From contig JBFFUI010000025.1 in assembly GCA_041571435.1 (NCBI GenBank), forward strand, positions 1-32,683: a DNA stretch of 32,683 nucleotides, in the 5' to 3' direction. Below are positions 1 through 9,079 of this stretch, one piece after another. The notes beneath the pieces are model-generated. The model saw only the letters and a program-made list of their open reading frames with translations. It had not been told where the DNA came from and ran no database searches. The position numbers were made by a program, and so were the translations under genes. Position 1 is the stretch's first letter; each line of letters starts with the position of its first letter. The stretch comes from Sulfurimonadaceae bacterium. Its GTDB lineage: Bacteria > Campylobacterota > Campylobacteria > Campylobacterales > Sulfurimonadaceae.

Positions 1-1
1 A

Positions 2-262
2 CGCTATGACAACATCTACATGAACGATATCACCAAAAACGGTATGACACTTGTCTACGATGACAACGGTGTCAAATATGAGCAGAACTATGTGCGCTAC
101 AGTGCCATGGCGGAATACCACCCGAGCGAGTTCAGCCGTCTCCGTCTGCAATATAACCGTAACAATGCCATGTATAATGAAGCTGGCGAGCAGCAGGATA
201 TCGATACCGTTATGCTGCAATTGAACCTGGCTATCGGCGCGCACGGTGCGCACAGTTTTTAG
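2..262 (+). CDS. C-terminal part (5'-truncated by window edge) of an outer-membrane beta-barrel protein of the 'zinc-regulated outer membrane receptor/porin' type
   Basis: Frame is open from the window edge (RYDNIYMND...). It has amphipathic strands (EYHPSEFSRLRLQYN, VMLQLNLAIG) and a terminal GAHGAHSF ending in Phe. It lies directly upstream of a ZnuA-type binding protein. Confidence 0.7.
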   Translation, partial: RYDNIYMNDITKNGMTLVYDDNGVKYEQNYVRYSAMAEYHPSEFSRLRLQYNRNNAMYNEAGEQQDIDTVMLQLNLAIGAHGAHSF

Positions 263-271
263 GGTATCGAG

Positions 272-1147
272 ATGAAATATTTATGGCTACTTTTTCTGCC
301 GCTGTCGCTCTTTGCACATCTGAACATCGCAGTAAGCTACCCGTACATCGACGCCATCACCAAAGCGATTGGTAAGGACCACGTCAAGACCATCGTCCTG
401 GCTCAGGGGAACTGGGACCCGCATTTTGTCGTACCCCGTCCCTCGCTGATATCAAAGCTTCGCAGCGCCGACGCCCTTATCATGAATGGCGGCCAGCTTG
501 AGATAGGTTGGCTACCGCCGCTGATAAGACGTGCCAACAACCCTAAGGTACAGAGCGGTGCGGTAAGTTTCCTGAACCTCTCGCGCTATGTCGACATGAT
601 CCAAAAACCGCGTTCCGTCGACCGTTCACAAGGCGATGTCCATCCAGACGGCAATCCGCACTACCAGCTAGATCCCAACAACATCACTGTTTTGGCGGGT
701 ACCGTTGCCGCCTTTTTGATCTCGATCGACAGAGAACATAAAGCAGTCTATGAAGCGAACTACGCTGCTTTTGAGAAAGAGTGGAAGGGGCATCTTGCAA
801 AATGGAAGGCCAAAATGGTACCAAGAACAGGGATGCAGATCATCCAGTATCATAATAATCTCGCCTATTTCAATAAAGCCTATGGTCTTGTCAACATCGG
901 GACTATCGAGCCGCTACCGGGGATCCCGCCCTCTTCCCGTCACACACTGGAACTGATCAACCTGATCAAGACGGAGAAACCGCAATACATCCTGCACGAT
1001 GTCTACCATTCAACCAAGACCGCGGAGTATATCAGCAGCAAGACCGGCATTAAGATCATCAAAATGCCGCATGATATCGGGGCACTCGACTCTGTCACCT
1101 CTCTTGTCGGGCTCTTTGATTATCTTACAGAAGCGATTCAGCCATGA
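272..1147 (+). CDS. Metal (Zn/Mn) ABC transporter substrate-binding protein, ZnuA/TroA family
   Basis: Signal peptide; WDPH, DVHPDGNPHY, YH and IEPLPGIPPS motifs. Confidence 0.92.
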   Translation: MKYLWLLFLPLSLFAHLNIAVSYPYIDAITKAIGKDHVKTIVLAQGNWDPHFVVPRPSLISKLRSADALIMNGGQLEIGWLPPLIRRANNPKVQSGAVSFLNLSRYVDMIQKPRSVDRSQGDVHPDGNPHYQLDPNNITVLAGTVAAFLISIDREHKAVYEANYAAFEKEWKGHLAKWKAKMVPRTGMQIIQYHNNLAYFNKAYGLVNIGTIEPLPGIPPSSRHTLELINLIKTEKPQYILHDVYHSTKTAEYISSKTGIKIIKMPHDIGALDSVTSLVGLFDYLTEAIQP

Positions 1148-1896
1148 TTGATATCTTTTTAATCCCGGTCGCACTGTTGATCATTCTTGTCATGATCCAT
1201 GCCTGGTTCGGGATCCGTATCTTGGAGCGCGGCATCATCTTTACCGACCTGGCGATAGGCCAGTTGGCTGCACTTGGCGCTGCTGTGAGTTATGGCTATT
1301 TTCACGGGGAGAACCTCTATATCTGGACCTTAACCTTTGCTTTTATCGGTGCCCTTCTCATCACCCTTGGCTCACACCGCAAGCTCCATCTCGAAGCCTA
1401 TATCGGATTGTTGTATGTACTGGGTGCCAGCGGGATCATGATGGTCCTGGCACAGAGTGCCGAAGGGATGGAACACTTTAAGTCACTGCTGGCCAATGAT
1501 ATTCTCTTTACAACAGAACATGATCTTTACACCAGTAGTGCCATCTATGCTTTCATCGCGCTTATCATCGCTTTTGTCTACCCGAAGACCAAAGGGTTTT
1601 TCAAAGAGCTGCTCTTCTTTTCGCTACTGGCTATTACTGTCACTTCGTCAGTTCAGCTGGCCGGTGTCTTTGTCGTCTTTACGCTGCTCATCGCACCGGC
1701 CATGGTCGCCAGTATGCAGAGCCGTTTCACACCGTTACTTGTGGCCTTTGGCTTCGGCTGGTTCTTCTCTATTGTCGCTATTGCCATCGGCTTCTATTAT
1801 GATCTGCCTACCGGTTACAGTATCGTCTTTTTGGGGGCCCTGCTAAGTCTTATCTTTGTTTTGGCAAAGAGTTCGAAAAAAGAGGGTGCTGATTAA
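1144..1896 (+). CDS. Metal ABC transporter permease (ABC-3/ZnuB-like)
   Basis: Multi-pass hydrophobic protein with RGIIFTDLA and AGVFVVFTLLIAPA motifs; ATGA overlap with the binding-protein gene. Confidence 0.88.
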   Translation: MIDIFLIPVALLIILVMIHAWFGIRILERGIIFTDLAIGQLAALGAAVSYGYFHGENLYIWTLTFAFIGALLITLGSHRKLHLEAYIGLLYVLGASGIMMVLAQSAEGMEHFKSLLANDILFTTEHDLYTSSAIYAFIALIIAFVYPKTKGFFKELLFFSLLAITVTSSVQLAGVFVVFTLLIAPAMVASMQSRFTPLLVAFGFGWFFSIVAIAIGFYYDLPTGYSIVFLGALLSLIFVLAKSSKKEGAD

Positions 1897-2231
1897 TCGA
1901 GCTTGTTGAGCATCTCCAGCTCGTCCTCTTCGGACTCTGGGTATCGGACACCCTTAAGTGCCGCACCCTCTTCGTCAATATCGAACATATCATCTTCAAG
2001 ATCATCCAAAAGCAGGCTCTGTCCAAGAGACTTTAACGTAGCCACTGAACCCTCTTTTTTGTTTGCGACAATACCGATGATATCGCCCTTTTTAAAACCT
2101 TTGGCTACTGCGCCGTCTTCGGCAATCTCACACAGAAATATCTCTTCCAACTCCTGCTTTTGTACCATTGTGATCAAAGTGTTCAACACATTTTTACTTT
2201 TTATTTTGACTGCCCATGAACGTATACTCAT
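1893..2231 (-). CDS. Hypothetical acidic protein (112 aa)
   Basis: Start re-called at ATG 2231 (MSIRSWAVK) behind an AAGGA SD. Acidic C-terminus; converges on the permease with a 4-nt overlap. Confidence 0.7.
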   Translation of the reverse strand: MSIRSWAVKIKSKNVLNTLITMVQKQELEEIFLCEIAEDGAVAKGFKKGDIIGIVANKKEGSVATLKSLGQSLLLDDLEDDMFDIDEEGAALKGVRYPESEEDELEMLNKLD

Positions 2232-2314
2232 TGTTTTCCTTACACCAACGGACCCTTTTAAAAGTCCTGAATCAATATTGAAGTATACTACATCACACCA
2301 AGGAAAATCAGCCA

Positions 2315-2968
2315 ATGAAATTTTTACTTCTTCTATTCATCGCCCTTTCACTCTATGCAGACAGATTGGAAACCGCTGAAAACAGGGCTTTTACCAATGT
2401 CAACCTAGCCATACCTTCTATCCGGTTTGAGATGCGTTATGCAGGTGCTAACAACTTTATCGGCAGACCCGTTAACGGCTATGCCGAGCCGCTCTGTTAC
2501 CTGACCAACGAAGCCGCTTCTGCATTGAATAAGGTGCAGCAGAGGCTTCAAACAGAGGGGCTGGGTCTACGTCTGTTTGACTGTTTCCGCCCTCAGCGTG
2601 CGGTCGACCATTTTGTACGGTGGGCAGCAGATCTGAATGACACAGAGATGAAACGCATCTATTATCCAGATATCCTAAAAAAAGATCTTTTCAAAGATGG
2701 CTATATCGCCGCAAAATCAGGGCACAGCCGAGGCAGTACTGTCGATCTTACGATCGATGGCCTGGATATGGGAACACCTTTCGACTTTTTCGATCCGCGT
2801 TCACACACGGACAGTAACGCCGTTACAAGAGCGCAGCATGAGAACAGAATGCGACTGAAAAGAGTTATGGAAGAAAACGGCTTTCAAAATTACGCCGAAG
2901 AGTGGTGGCACTACACCTTGAAAAATGAGCCTTTTGCCGCTACCTATTTTGATTTTCCTGTCGAGTAA
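2315..2968 (+). CDS. ddpX: D-alanyl-D-alanine dipeptidase (VanX/DdpX, peptidase M15D)
   Basis: RYAGANNFIGRPV, DCFRPQRAV, SGHSRGSTVDLT, DMGTPFDFF and EWWHY motifs; signal peptide; AAGGA SD. Confidence 0.92.
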   Translation: MKFLLLLFIALSLYADRLETAENRAFTNVNLAIPSIRFEMRYAGANNFIGRPVNGYAEPLCYLTNEAASALNKVQQRLQTEGLGLRLFDCFRPQRAVDHFVRWAADLNDTEMKRIYYPDILKKDLFKDGYIAAKSGHSRGSTVDLTIDGLDMGTPFDFFDPRSHTDSNAVTRAQHENRMRLKRVMEENGFQNYAEEWWHYTLKNEPFAATYFDFPVE

Positions 2969-3586
2969 GGACGGTATTGCCCTTTTCAGGATGGTGATGC
3001 GTTCACGTTCGATTTCGACGACCTTACCCGCTTCATCAGCACCCACAAAAAAAGCCTTTGCTGTTAGTCTATCGTTGTTCAACATCCCATTTGTTTTGGC
3101 GTAAAGCCACATCCATGTGAACCCACCCTTTTTACAAAAACCGGAGAATTTCCCGGTGTTTATCGGGCATTTTCCCTTACCTGAAGGGGCACCGATACGC
3201 TCGACGACCGAATCGATACTATCACCGACTTTGACCTCATTCGATTTTGAAAAACTGAACTTGGTCGAATCATTGTCAAAACTGCTGACCGCGATATAAG
3301 CGTAGAGGAGATTCTCGCGAAACTGCAGGTAACTCATACGCGCTCTGCCCGAAAAAAGGCTGAGACTTGTACTGTAATAACGCAAAAATACATAGGAGGC
3401 GACTTGTGAACGGAGATGATACCGCTCATTCGGCTTACCGTATTGCTCGATCACATCTTTCACCGTCGTTTTATCAAGTTGAAGTTCGGCATTATATTTG
3501 TAGTTATAGGGTGCACCTAGCTCAATGCCTGATAGTATAAAAGTGAAGAGATATATAACAAGACAACTGTTTTCAACGTCAACCAT
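2801..3586 (-). CDS. Hypothetical exported protein with two SmpA/OmlA(BamE)-like repeats; possibly degraded
   Basis: Two motifs, LDKTTVKDVIEQYGKP and VKVGDSIDSVVERIGAP, after a hydrophobic N-terminus. Start placed at ATG 3586. The 3' end overlaps ddpX by 168 nt. Confidence 0.55.
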   Translation of the reverse strand: MVDVENSCLVIYLFTFILSGIELGAPYNYKYNAELQLDKTTVKDVIEQYGKPNERYHLRSQVASYVFLRYYSTSLSLFSGRARMSYLQFRENLLYAYIAVSSFDNDSTKFSFSKSNEVKVGDSIDSVVERIGAPSGKGKCPINTGKFSGFCKKGGFTWMWLYAKTNGMLNNDRLTAKAFFVGADEAGKVVEIERERITILKRAIPSLLDRKIKIGSGKRLIFQGVVPPLFGVILKAVFFHNSFQSHSVLMLRSCNGVTVRV

Positions 3587-3614
3587 TGCTGATACTATTC
3601 TACATGCAAACGGC

Positions 3615-4205
3615 TTATGACTCCAAAACGATGTCAAGCCCTTCAAGTAGCCTGACCGCTTCGTCACGACTGAATTTGGCGCCGGCGATACTGTTTACCC
3701 GTACATCGATACTGTAGTCGTACGCCTCTCTGAAATCGCAATCTGTCAAGACCGTGTTTCTAAACAGCGTATCACTGAGGTCACTGCCGCCAAAATCGGC
3801 GCCTCGCAGATCAGCCTCTCTGAAATCGGTTTCCAGAAGATGGCACTTTTGGATGTTCAGATTTTCAAGTTTTTCGCCATAAAAAGAGCTGTAATTCAAT
3901 ATGGACTCGTAAAATGCGAAGGGGGCATCCTGAATGAACTCTGCATAATCGACTTTTGTCCAGTCAATTCCGGTGAGCTTGCAACGACTGAAGCGTGTCT
4001 CTTCAAAACGGCTTGCGGAAAAGTCGACCACGTTCATATCACACTCTATAAAATGACAGTTGATGAACCGGCAGTGGCTGAACTTGCTCTCTCGGAAATT
4101 ACAGTTTGTAAAGGTACAGTCGTCAAATTCTATTGATAAGAACTGTTGTTCGTTCACATCAAGATCGATGAATGTCTCTGCCCAATATTCACTGTTGTTA
4201 AACAT
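3615..4205 (-). CDS. Pentapeptide repeat protein (Qnr/McbG/MfpA-like fold)
   Basis: Continuous 5-residue periodicity (FDDCT FTNCN FRESK FSHCR...; FREAD LRGAD FGGSD LSDTL). Confidence 0.9.
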   Translation of the reverse strand: MFNNSEYWAETFIDLDVNEQQFLSIEFDDCTFTNCNFRESKFSHCRFINCHFIECDMNVVDFSASRFEETRFSRCKLTGIDWTKVDYAEFIQDAPFAFYESILNYSSFYGEKLENLNIQKCHLLETDFREADLRGADFGGSDLSDTLFRNTVLTDCDFREAYDYSIDVRVNSIAGAKFSRDEAVRLLEGLDIVLES

Positions 4206-4206
4206 A

Positions 4207-4971
4207 TCAATCTGCCTCCATGCTGTAGGATGACCTTAAAGTATCTCTGTCAATCCTCAGTTGGGTCTGTTCTAAAACCCGCAGGAATGTCGTGTCTAGC
4301 CCTGCCTGCAGGACTATTTTTTTCGGCAACACAGGATGCTGCAGAGATAAGATCTGAGCATGCAGCAGGAGCCGATGCGCATCATACTGTTCACGGAAAA
4401 AACGGTTATGTTCATTGCGGCCGTATTTTGTATCACCGACGATGGGGTGCAGCAGGTGTTTCATATGACGACGCAATTGATGTTTCCGGCCGGTGCTCGG
4501 CTGAAGACGAACCAGTGAATAACGCGAAGTTGCATACCGACCAACAGCGAACGGCAGTTCGACCTGATCGATCTTTTGAAACGATGTCACAGCCGATTGG
4601 GCCGGTTTGTCCTGCTGTGCTTTGGCGTCGGTCATCTTGTCTAGTACCTCTTTCAGAGGGTAGTCTATGACACCTTCCTCTTCGATATAGCCTCGTACTA
4701 CAGCCAGGTACTCTTTGCAGAATCCATCAGCCTGCAGCTGTCGCGAAAGTGCTCTGGCAACCTCTTTGTTCAAGGCAAAGAGCAGCACACCCGATGTCGG
4801 TTTGTCAAGACGGTGCACAGGATAGACAAACCGCCCGATCTGATCGCGCAGCATCTGGATAGCGAAACGCGTCTCATCCTTATCGATCCAGGAACGATGC
4901 ACCAAAAGGCCTGAGGGTTTGTTGATAGCGACAATATATTCGTCTTGATAGATAATTTCGAGCTCTTCCAT
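4207..4971 (-). CDS. truC: tRNA pseudouridine(65) synthase TruC
   Basis: NKPSGLLVHRSWID, HRLDKPTSG, GRYATSRYSLV, TGRKHQLRRHMKH and GDTKYG motifs. Confidence 0.9.
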   Translation of the reverse strand: MEELEIIYQDEYIVAINKPSGLLVHRSWIDKDETRFAIQMLRDQIGRFVYPVHRLDKPTSGVLLFALNKEVARALSRQLQADGFCKEYLAVVRGYIEEEGVIDYPLKEVLDKMTDAKAQQDKPAQSAVTSFQKIDQVELPFAVGRYATSRYSLVRLQPSTGRKHQLRRHMKHLLHPIVGDTKYGRNEHNRFFREQYDAHRLLLHAQILSLQHPVLPKKIVLQAGLDTTFLRVLEQTQLRIDRDTLRSSYSMEAD

Positions 4972-4976
4972 GTCGA

Positions 4977-4982
4977 ATTATA
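4977..4982 (-). promoter_or_regulatory. -10 box (TATAAT) 5 nt upstream of the truC ATG; probable leaderless promoter
   Basis: Minus strand reads TATAAT-TCGAC-ATG; no SD. Confidence 0.6.
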
Positions 4983-5052
4983 TAACAATCACATCAGAAC
5001 TTGTCTTTGCGACGGACACATGAAAATGACATCCCTCTAAGTCGTAAACAGC

Positions 5053-5058
5053 TATAAT
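5053..5058 (+). promoter_or_regulatory. -10 box for the desaturase gene
   Basis: Perfect TATAAT about 32 nt upstream of the ATG, followed by an AGGT SD. Confidence 0.5.
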
Positions 5059-5090
5059 GTCAGCCCAATTTTATACATTAGGTAATATCC

Positions 5091-6053
5091 ATGTCTGCAG
5101 CCATCTATCCCGATATTTTTGACGAGCTCAAAACCCAAGTCCGTGAAGCCGGACTTTTAAAACGCGTGCCCGTCCGTGGTTCAATAGAAATGGCCGCCAT
5201 CTTTCTCTCCTTTGCTGTTGTGTACAGCACGATGACATTTTGGAACCCTTTTTTACTCGGTCTTTTTCTGACACTGCTCTTCACCCGGGCTGTTTTTGTC
5301 TCACACGACATCCTGCACCTGCAGTACTTTAAAAACAAAAAGCTCTCGTTTCGTCTTAGTTACCCTTTTGCAGCCATTATCCTGAGCAACTCATCATCCT
5401 GGTGGGACTTTAAACACAACATCAACCATCACCATTTCTGTAATACCATCTCCAAAGATGAGGACATCATGGCACTCGACGGTGCTTTTACGCCCAATAA
5501 CCGCGGAAGCTCACCTTTTATCAAAAAATTCAAACGTCTTATTTTCTGGGGTGCCATGTTCTTCATGTACCCTGCTTTTATCGCCCAATCGTACAGCTTT
5601 GCACTCAAAAACAAAAACTATGGCGAGTTCTTTTTGATGCTGATGCACTGGCCGATCATCTGGGGACCGATCTTCTACATCCTCCCTTTTGCTGATGCTA
5701 TCACGGTCTTTGTCACTCTGCAGCTGACACTTTCGGTCTGGCTGGCGTACGGGTTTATTACCAACCACCTCGGCTGCGAAGTCTTTACCGTTGAAGAGGT
5801 TGAAAGCATGAGCTGGATGGAGCTTCAGATGCGCACCTCGCGTTCACTTAAAGGCGGAAAATTCGTCCATTGGTTCTACGGTGGCTTGAACACACAGATC
5901 GAACACCACCTCTTTCCGAAGGCACCGCGATTCAACCTCTTAAAGGTGCAGCAGATGACAAAAGAATTTGCCGAAAAACACAACATCGCCTACTTTGAGA
6001 CCACCCCAATCGAGGCCTACGTCCAGATCAACAAGGCACTCGACGCCTACTAA
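5091..6053 (+). CDS. Membrane fatty acid (acyl-lipid/acyl-CoA) desaturase, Delta6/front-end-like
   Basis: Three histidine boxes HDILH, HNINHH and QIEHHLFP; hydrophobic helices. Confidence 0.9.
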   Translation: MSAAIYPDIFDELKTQVREAGLLKRVPVRGSIEMAAIFLSFAVVYSTMTFWNPFLLGLFLTLLFTRAVFVSHDILHLQYFKNKKLSFRLSYPFAAIILSNSSSWWDFKHNINHHHFCNTISKDEDIMALDGAFTPNNRGSSPFIKKFKRLIFWGAMFFMYPAFIAQSYSFALKNKNYGEFFLMLMHWPIIWGPIFYILPFADAITVFVTLQLTLSVWLAYGFITNHLGCEVFTVEEVESMSWMELQMRTSRSLKGGKFVHWFYGGLNTQIEHHLFPKAPRFNLLKVQQMTKEFAEKHNIAYFETTPIEAYVQINKALDAY

Positions 6054-6068
6054 ACTGTCCGGCAGTTT
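6052..6068 (+). terminator. Possible terminator hairpin after the desaturase
   Basis: AAACTG-TCCGG-CAGTTT inverted repeat overlapping the stop codon; short and weak. Confidence 0.3.
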
Positions 6069-6150
6069 GATCCGAATCTCGTCGATCATCTCCTGCATTA
6101 TAATAAAAAAAAACAGTTTCCAAGAGCGCCGGGTCAGGAGTGTCTGAGAC

Positions 6151-6466
6151 TTAAATTTTCTCTTCAAGCTCCCGCAAGCGTCTGTCTGTAAAAAAGGTAC
6201 CGAAGGGTATCAGCGAAGCGATAAAAAAGATGACACTCTCTTTCATCGCGAAGTTATGTTTCTGGGCAGCCTGCATGAGGATGACCAAAAAGAAGATAAA
6301 CAGCACGCCCGTGCGTCATCCCCGCAATCTTCGTCGCAATCGCAATACCCATCATATATTTCATCGGCATGGCAATAAACAGGAGCAGCAGGTAAGAGAT
6401 ACCTTCAATAAAACCGATGATTCTGAAATTTCCGATCAGGTCGTTGTGAATATTTTGCAGTAACAT
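6151..6466 (-). pseudogene. DUF3817-family membrane protein, frameshifted (one extra base)
   Basis: N-terminal half FRIIGFIEGISYLLLLFIAMPMKY...GMTHG continues as VLFIFFLVILMQAAQKHNFAMKESVIFFIASLIPFGTFFTDRRLRELEEKI* if one base of the CCC at 6308-6310 is removed. Confidence 0.85.
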
Positions 6467-6577
6467 GGGGTTTATGCCTTTGTTTTTAACAATAATATCG
6501 AAGAGAGCTTATGATTTATATTCGATTACATAATTAAAATGGGCTGTTAGTTTGAAAAAAGCAAGAGTGGAAAGAGG

Positions 6578-6602
6578 TTCAAAAGCCCTGTGGACTTTTG
6601 AA
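6578..6602 (-). terminator. Intrinsic terminator hairpin downstream of purL
   Basis: Minus-strand RNA UUCAAAAGUCC-ACA-GGGCUUUUGAA, 11 nt after the purL stop. Confidence 0.6.
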
Positions 6603-6613
6603 AAATAACGGAC

Positions 6614-8830
6614 TTAGATATCCTGTTCGATGACTTTTTTGAATTGACCGAAATAGACCGCATCAAGATCCGCGAGACTCATCTCGACATCATTGACCTT
6701 CAGGTCACTTCCGCCGACCGTACCGATCTTCTCACATGCCAGTTCACCGACCATCGCTTTGAACGCCTCTGCATTTTCCGGAGCGACCTCGATGATTGCG
6801 CGGCTCATGGACTCAGCAAAGATATCACGGGCGTCGTCGATATTGTTGATCACGACATCACAGCCCAAACCGCTTGTCGCAGCCATCTTTGCAAGTGCGA
6901 TCACAGCACCGCCTGAACTCAGGTCTTTGGCGCAAGAGAGCAGCCCTTTTTTGTTGGCTTCAATGACCAGGTCCCAAAGCGCCAGCTCTTTTTTGTAATC
7001 GATCGCCGGCAGTGTGCCCTCGACCGTTCCGCACACCTCTTTCATATAGAGAGAGCCGCCGAACTCAGATGCCGTGCTGCCCACCAGGTAGAGTTCATTA
7101 CCCGCTTTTTGGAAGTTTGACATCAATACCTTGTTCTGGTCATCATTCACACCGACCGTCGCGATTGACGGTGTCGGGAAGACCGAGGTGCCGTTAGTCT
7201 CATTATACAGAGAGACGTTACCGCCGATAACGGGTGTGTTCAGTTCAGCACATGCCTCTTTGATCCCCAGACAACCTTCAGCAAACTGCCACATGACCTC
7301 CGGATTTTCCGGATTACCGTAGTTCAGACAGTCGGTGATCGCCAACGGACGTGCACCGGACATGGCGACATTACGCCCCGCTTCGATGACCGCTGCTGCT
7401 GCACCGCCTTTAGGATCGACGTAACAGAAACGGACGTTACAGTCCGAACTCATGGCAAGCGCTTTACCGTTCTCTTTGACACGGATGACAGACGCATCAA
7501 GCTGACCGCCTTTTTTGACGGTATTGGTCTGAACCATTGAATCATACTGTTCGTAGACCCATGCCTTGTCGACCACTTCCATTGAAGCGATCATTGTCTC
7601 AAATGCCTCCTGGTTGGAGACCTTTGCAAAATCATCGATCGTTGTATCGGCAATGCCGTCAAGGTATTGTGGACGTGCTGTCGGACGGTCTAAAATCGGT
7701 GCTTCTTCAGAAACAGGGTCAACCGGTACTTCCGCACACTTCTCGCCGTGCCAGAACAGTTCCATGTTGCCCGTGTTCGTGACTTCACCGATCACCGCGG
7801 CATCAAGGTCCCATTTTTCAAAGATCTCGATGATTGCTTGCTCCGAACCTTTTTTGGCACAGATCAGCATACGCTCCTGCGACTCTGAAAGCATGAAGTC
7901 GTAAGGGGTCATCCCCTCTTCACGCGCCGGGACTTTGTCAAGATACATGATCATTCCTGAACCCGAACGCCCTGCCATCTCAAACGAAGATGATGTCAGA
8001 CCCGCTGCACCCATATCCTGAATACCGACAACGTAATCTGTCTTGAACAGTTCAAGACACGCCTCAAGAAGCAGTTTTTCGGTGAACGGATCACCGACCT
8101 GAACCGTCGGACGAAGTGATTTGGACTCTTCTGTAAAAGAGTCCGAACTCATGACCGCGCCGCCAAGGCCGTCACGGCCTGTTTTTGAACCGACATACAT
8201 AACCGGGTTGCCGATACCTTCAGCTTTACCGTAGAAGATCTCATCAGACTTGGCAATACCGAGGTTAAAGGCATTGACCAGGATGTTGCCGTTATAGCAC
8301 TCATCAAAGCTGATCTCGCCGCCGATTGTCGGTACACCCATACAGTTTCCGTAGCCGCCGATCCCTTCGACAACACCGCGTACCAAGAAACGCTGGTGCT
8401 TGCTTGTCTTGTCATCATTGGTAACGTTTCCAAAACGCAGGGCATTAAGGCTTGCTACCGGACGAGCACCCATGGTAAAGACATCACGCATAATCCCACC
8501 GACACCGGTCGCAGCACCCTGGTACGGCTCAATAAACGATGGGTGGTTGTGGCTCTCCATTTTGAAAACAGCTGCATAACCATCACCGATGTCGATGACA
8601 CCGGCATTTTCACCCGGTCCCTGGATAACCCATGGTGCTTTGGTAGGAAAACCGTTTAGATGTTTTTTTGACGACTTGTACGAACAGTGTTCAGACCACA
8701 TTGCAGAGAAGATACCGATCTCGACAAGGTTAGGCTCGCGTCCCAAGATGTTTTTGATGTTGGCATATTCAAGCTGTGATAGTTTGTGCTGACTTAAGAC
8801 GTCGTCGATGTTTTCTAGGGGTGTGCTCAC
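6614..8830 (-). CDS. purL: Phosphoribosylformylglycinamidine synthase subunit PurL (small type)
   Basis: [34 protein letters not shown] and GGNVSLYN motifs. Start re-called at GTG 8830 behind an AGGA SD. Confidence 0.97.
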   Translation of the reverse strand: MSTPLENIDDVLSQHKLSQLEYANIKNILGREPNLVEIGIFSAMWSEHCSYKSSKKHLNGFPTKAPWVIQGPGENAGVIDIGDGYAAVFKMESHNHPSFIEPYQGAATGVGGIMRDVFTMGARPVASLNALRFGNVTNDDKTSKHQRFLVRGVVEGIGGYGNCMGVPTIGGEISFDECYNGNILVNAFNLGIAKSDEIFYGKAEGIGNPVMYVGSKTGRDGLGGAVMSSDSFTEESKSLRPTVQVGDPFTEKLLLEACLELFKTDYVVGIQDMGAAGLTSSSFEMAGRSGSGMIMYLDKVPAREEGMTPYDFMLSESQERMLICAKKGSEQAIIEIFEKWDLDAAVIGEVTNTGNMELFWHGEKCAEVPVDPVSEEAPILDRPTARPQYLDGIADTTIDDFAKVSNQEAFETMIASMEVVDKAWVYEQYDSMVQTNTVKKGGQLDASVIRVKENGKALAMSSDCNVRFCYVDPKGGAAAAVIEAGRNVAMSGARPLAITDCLNYGNPENPEVMWQFAEGCLGIKEACAELNTPVIGGNVSLYNETNGTSVFPTPSIATVGVNDDQNKVLMSNFQKAGNELYLVGSTASEFGGSLYMKEVCGTVEGTLPAIDYKKELALWDLVIEANKKGLLSCAKDLSSGGAVIALAKMAATSGLGCDVVINNIDDARDIFAESMSRAIIEVAPENAEAFKAMVGELACEKIGTVGGSDLKVNDVEMSLADLDAVYFGQFKKVIEQDI

Positions 8831-8875
8831 GGTAGTTCCTTGTACGAAATACAAATTTTTTGGTTTTAAGTCGCG

Positions 8876-8884
8876 ATTATACCA
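8876..8884 (-). promoter_or_regulatory. Extended -10 promoter for purL
   Basis: Minus strand TGG-TATAAT. Confidence 0.6.
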
Positions 8885-9079
8885 AAAAACAATTTTATCC
8901 CAGTTTTCAATCGCTATAAAACCGCTGCTTTTTTGCCGGACTCTTGCTACAAACCATACAATCACGCTGTCCGAAAACGCAAGTTAACTTAACACTAGAA
9001 TCTTATAGGATTTATAGAGGTGGCCTTAAGAAAGTAAACCCTACAATATTTAGCATATTCGACAATTCAGGAGTGTCCT

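Noticed and set aside
2315..2968. ddpX as part of a vancomycin-resistance cluster
   Set aside because: No vanA/vanH/vanRS neighbours; it has a signal peptide and a Gram-negative context.
8831..8965. N-terminal extension of PurL in the ORF track
   Set aside because: It spans the promoter; the SD and GTG at 8830 give the normal N-terminus.
8995..9060. Possible Rrf2/IscR operator upstream of the regulator
   Set aside because: Dyad symmetry is too degenerate to call without a motif alignment.
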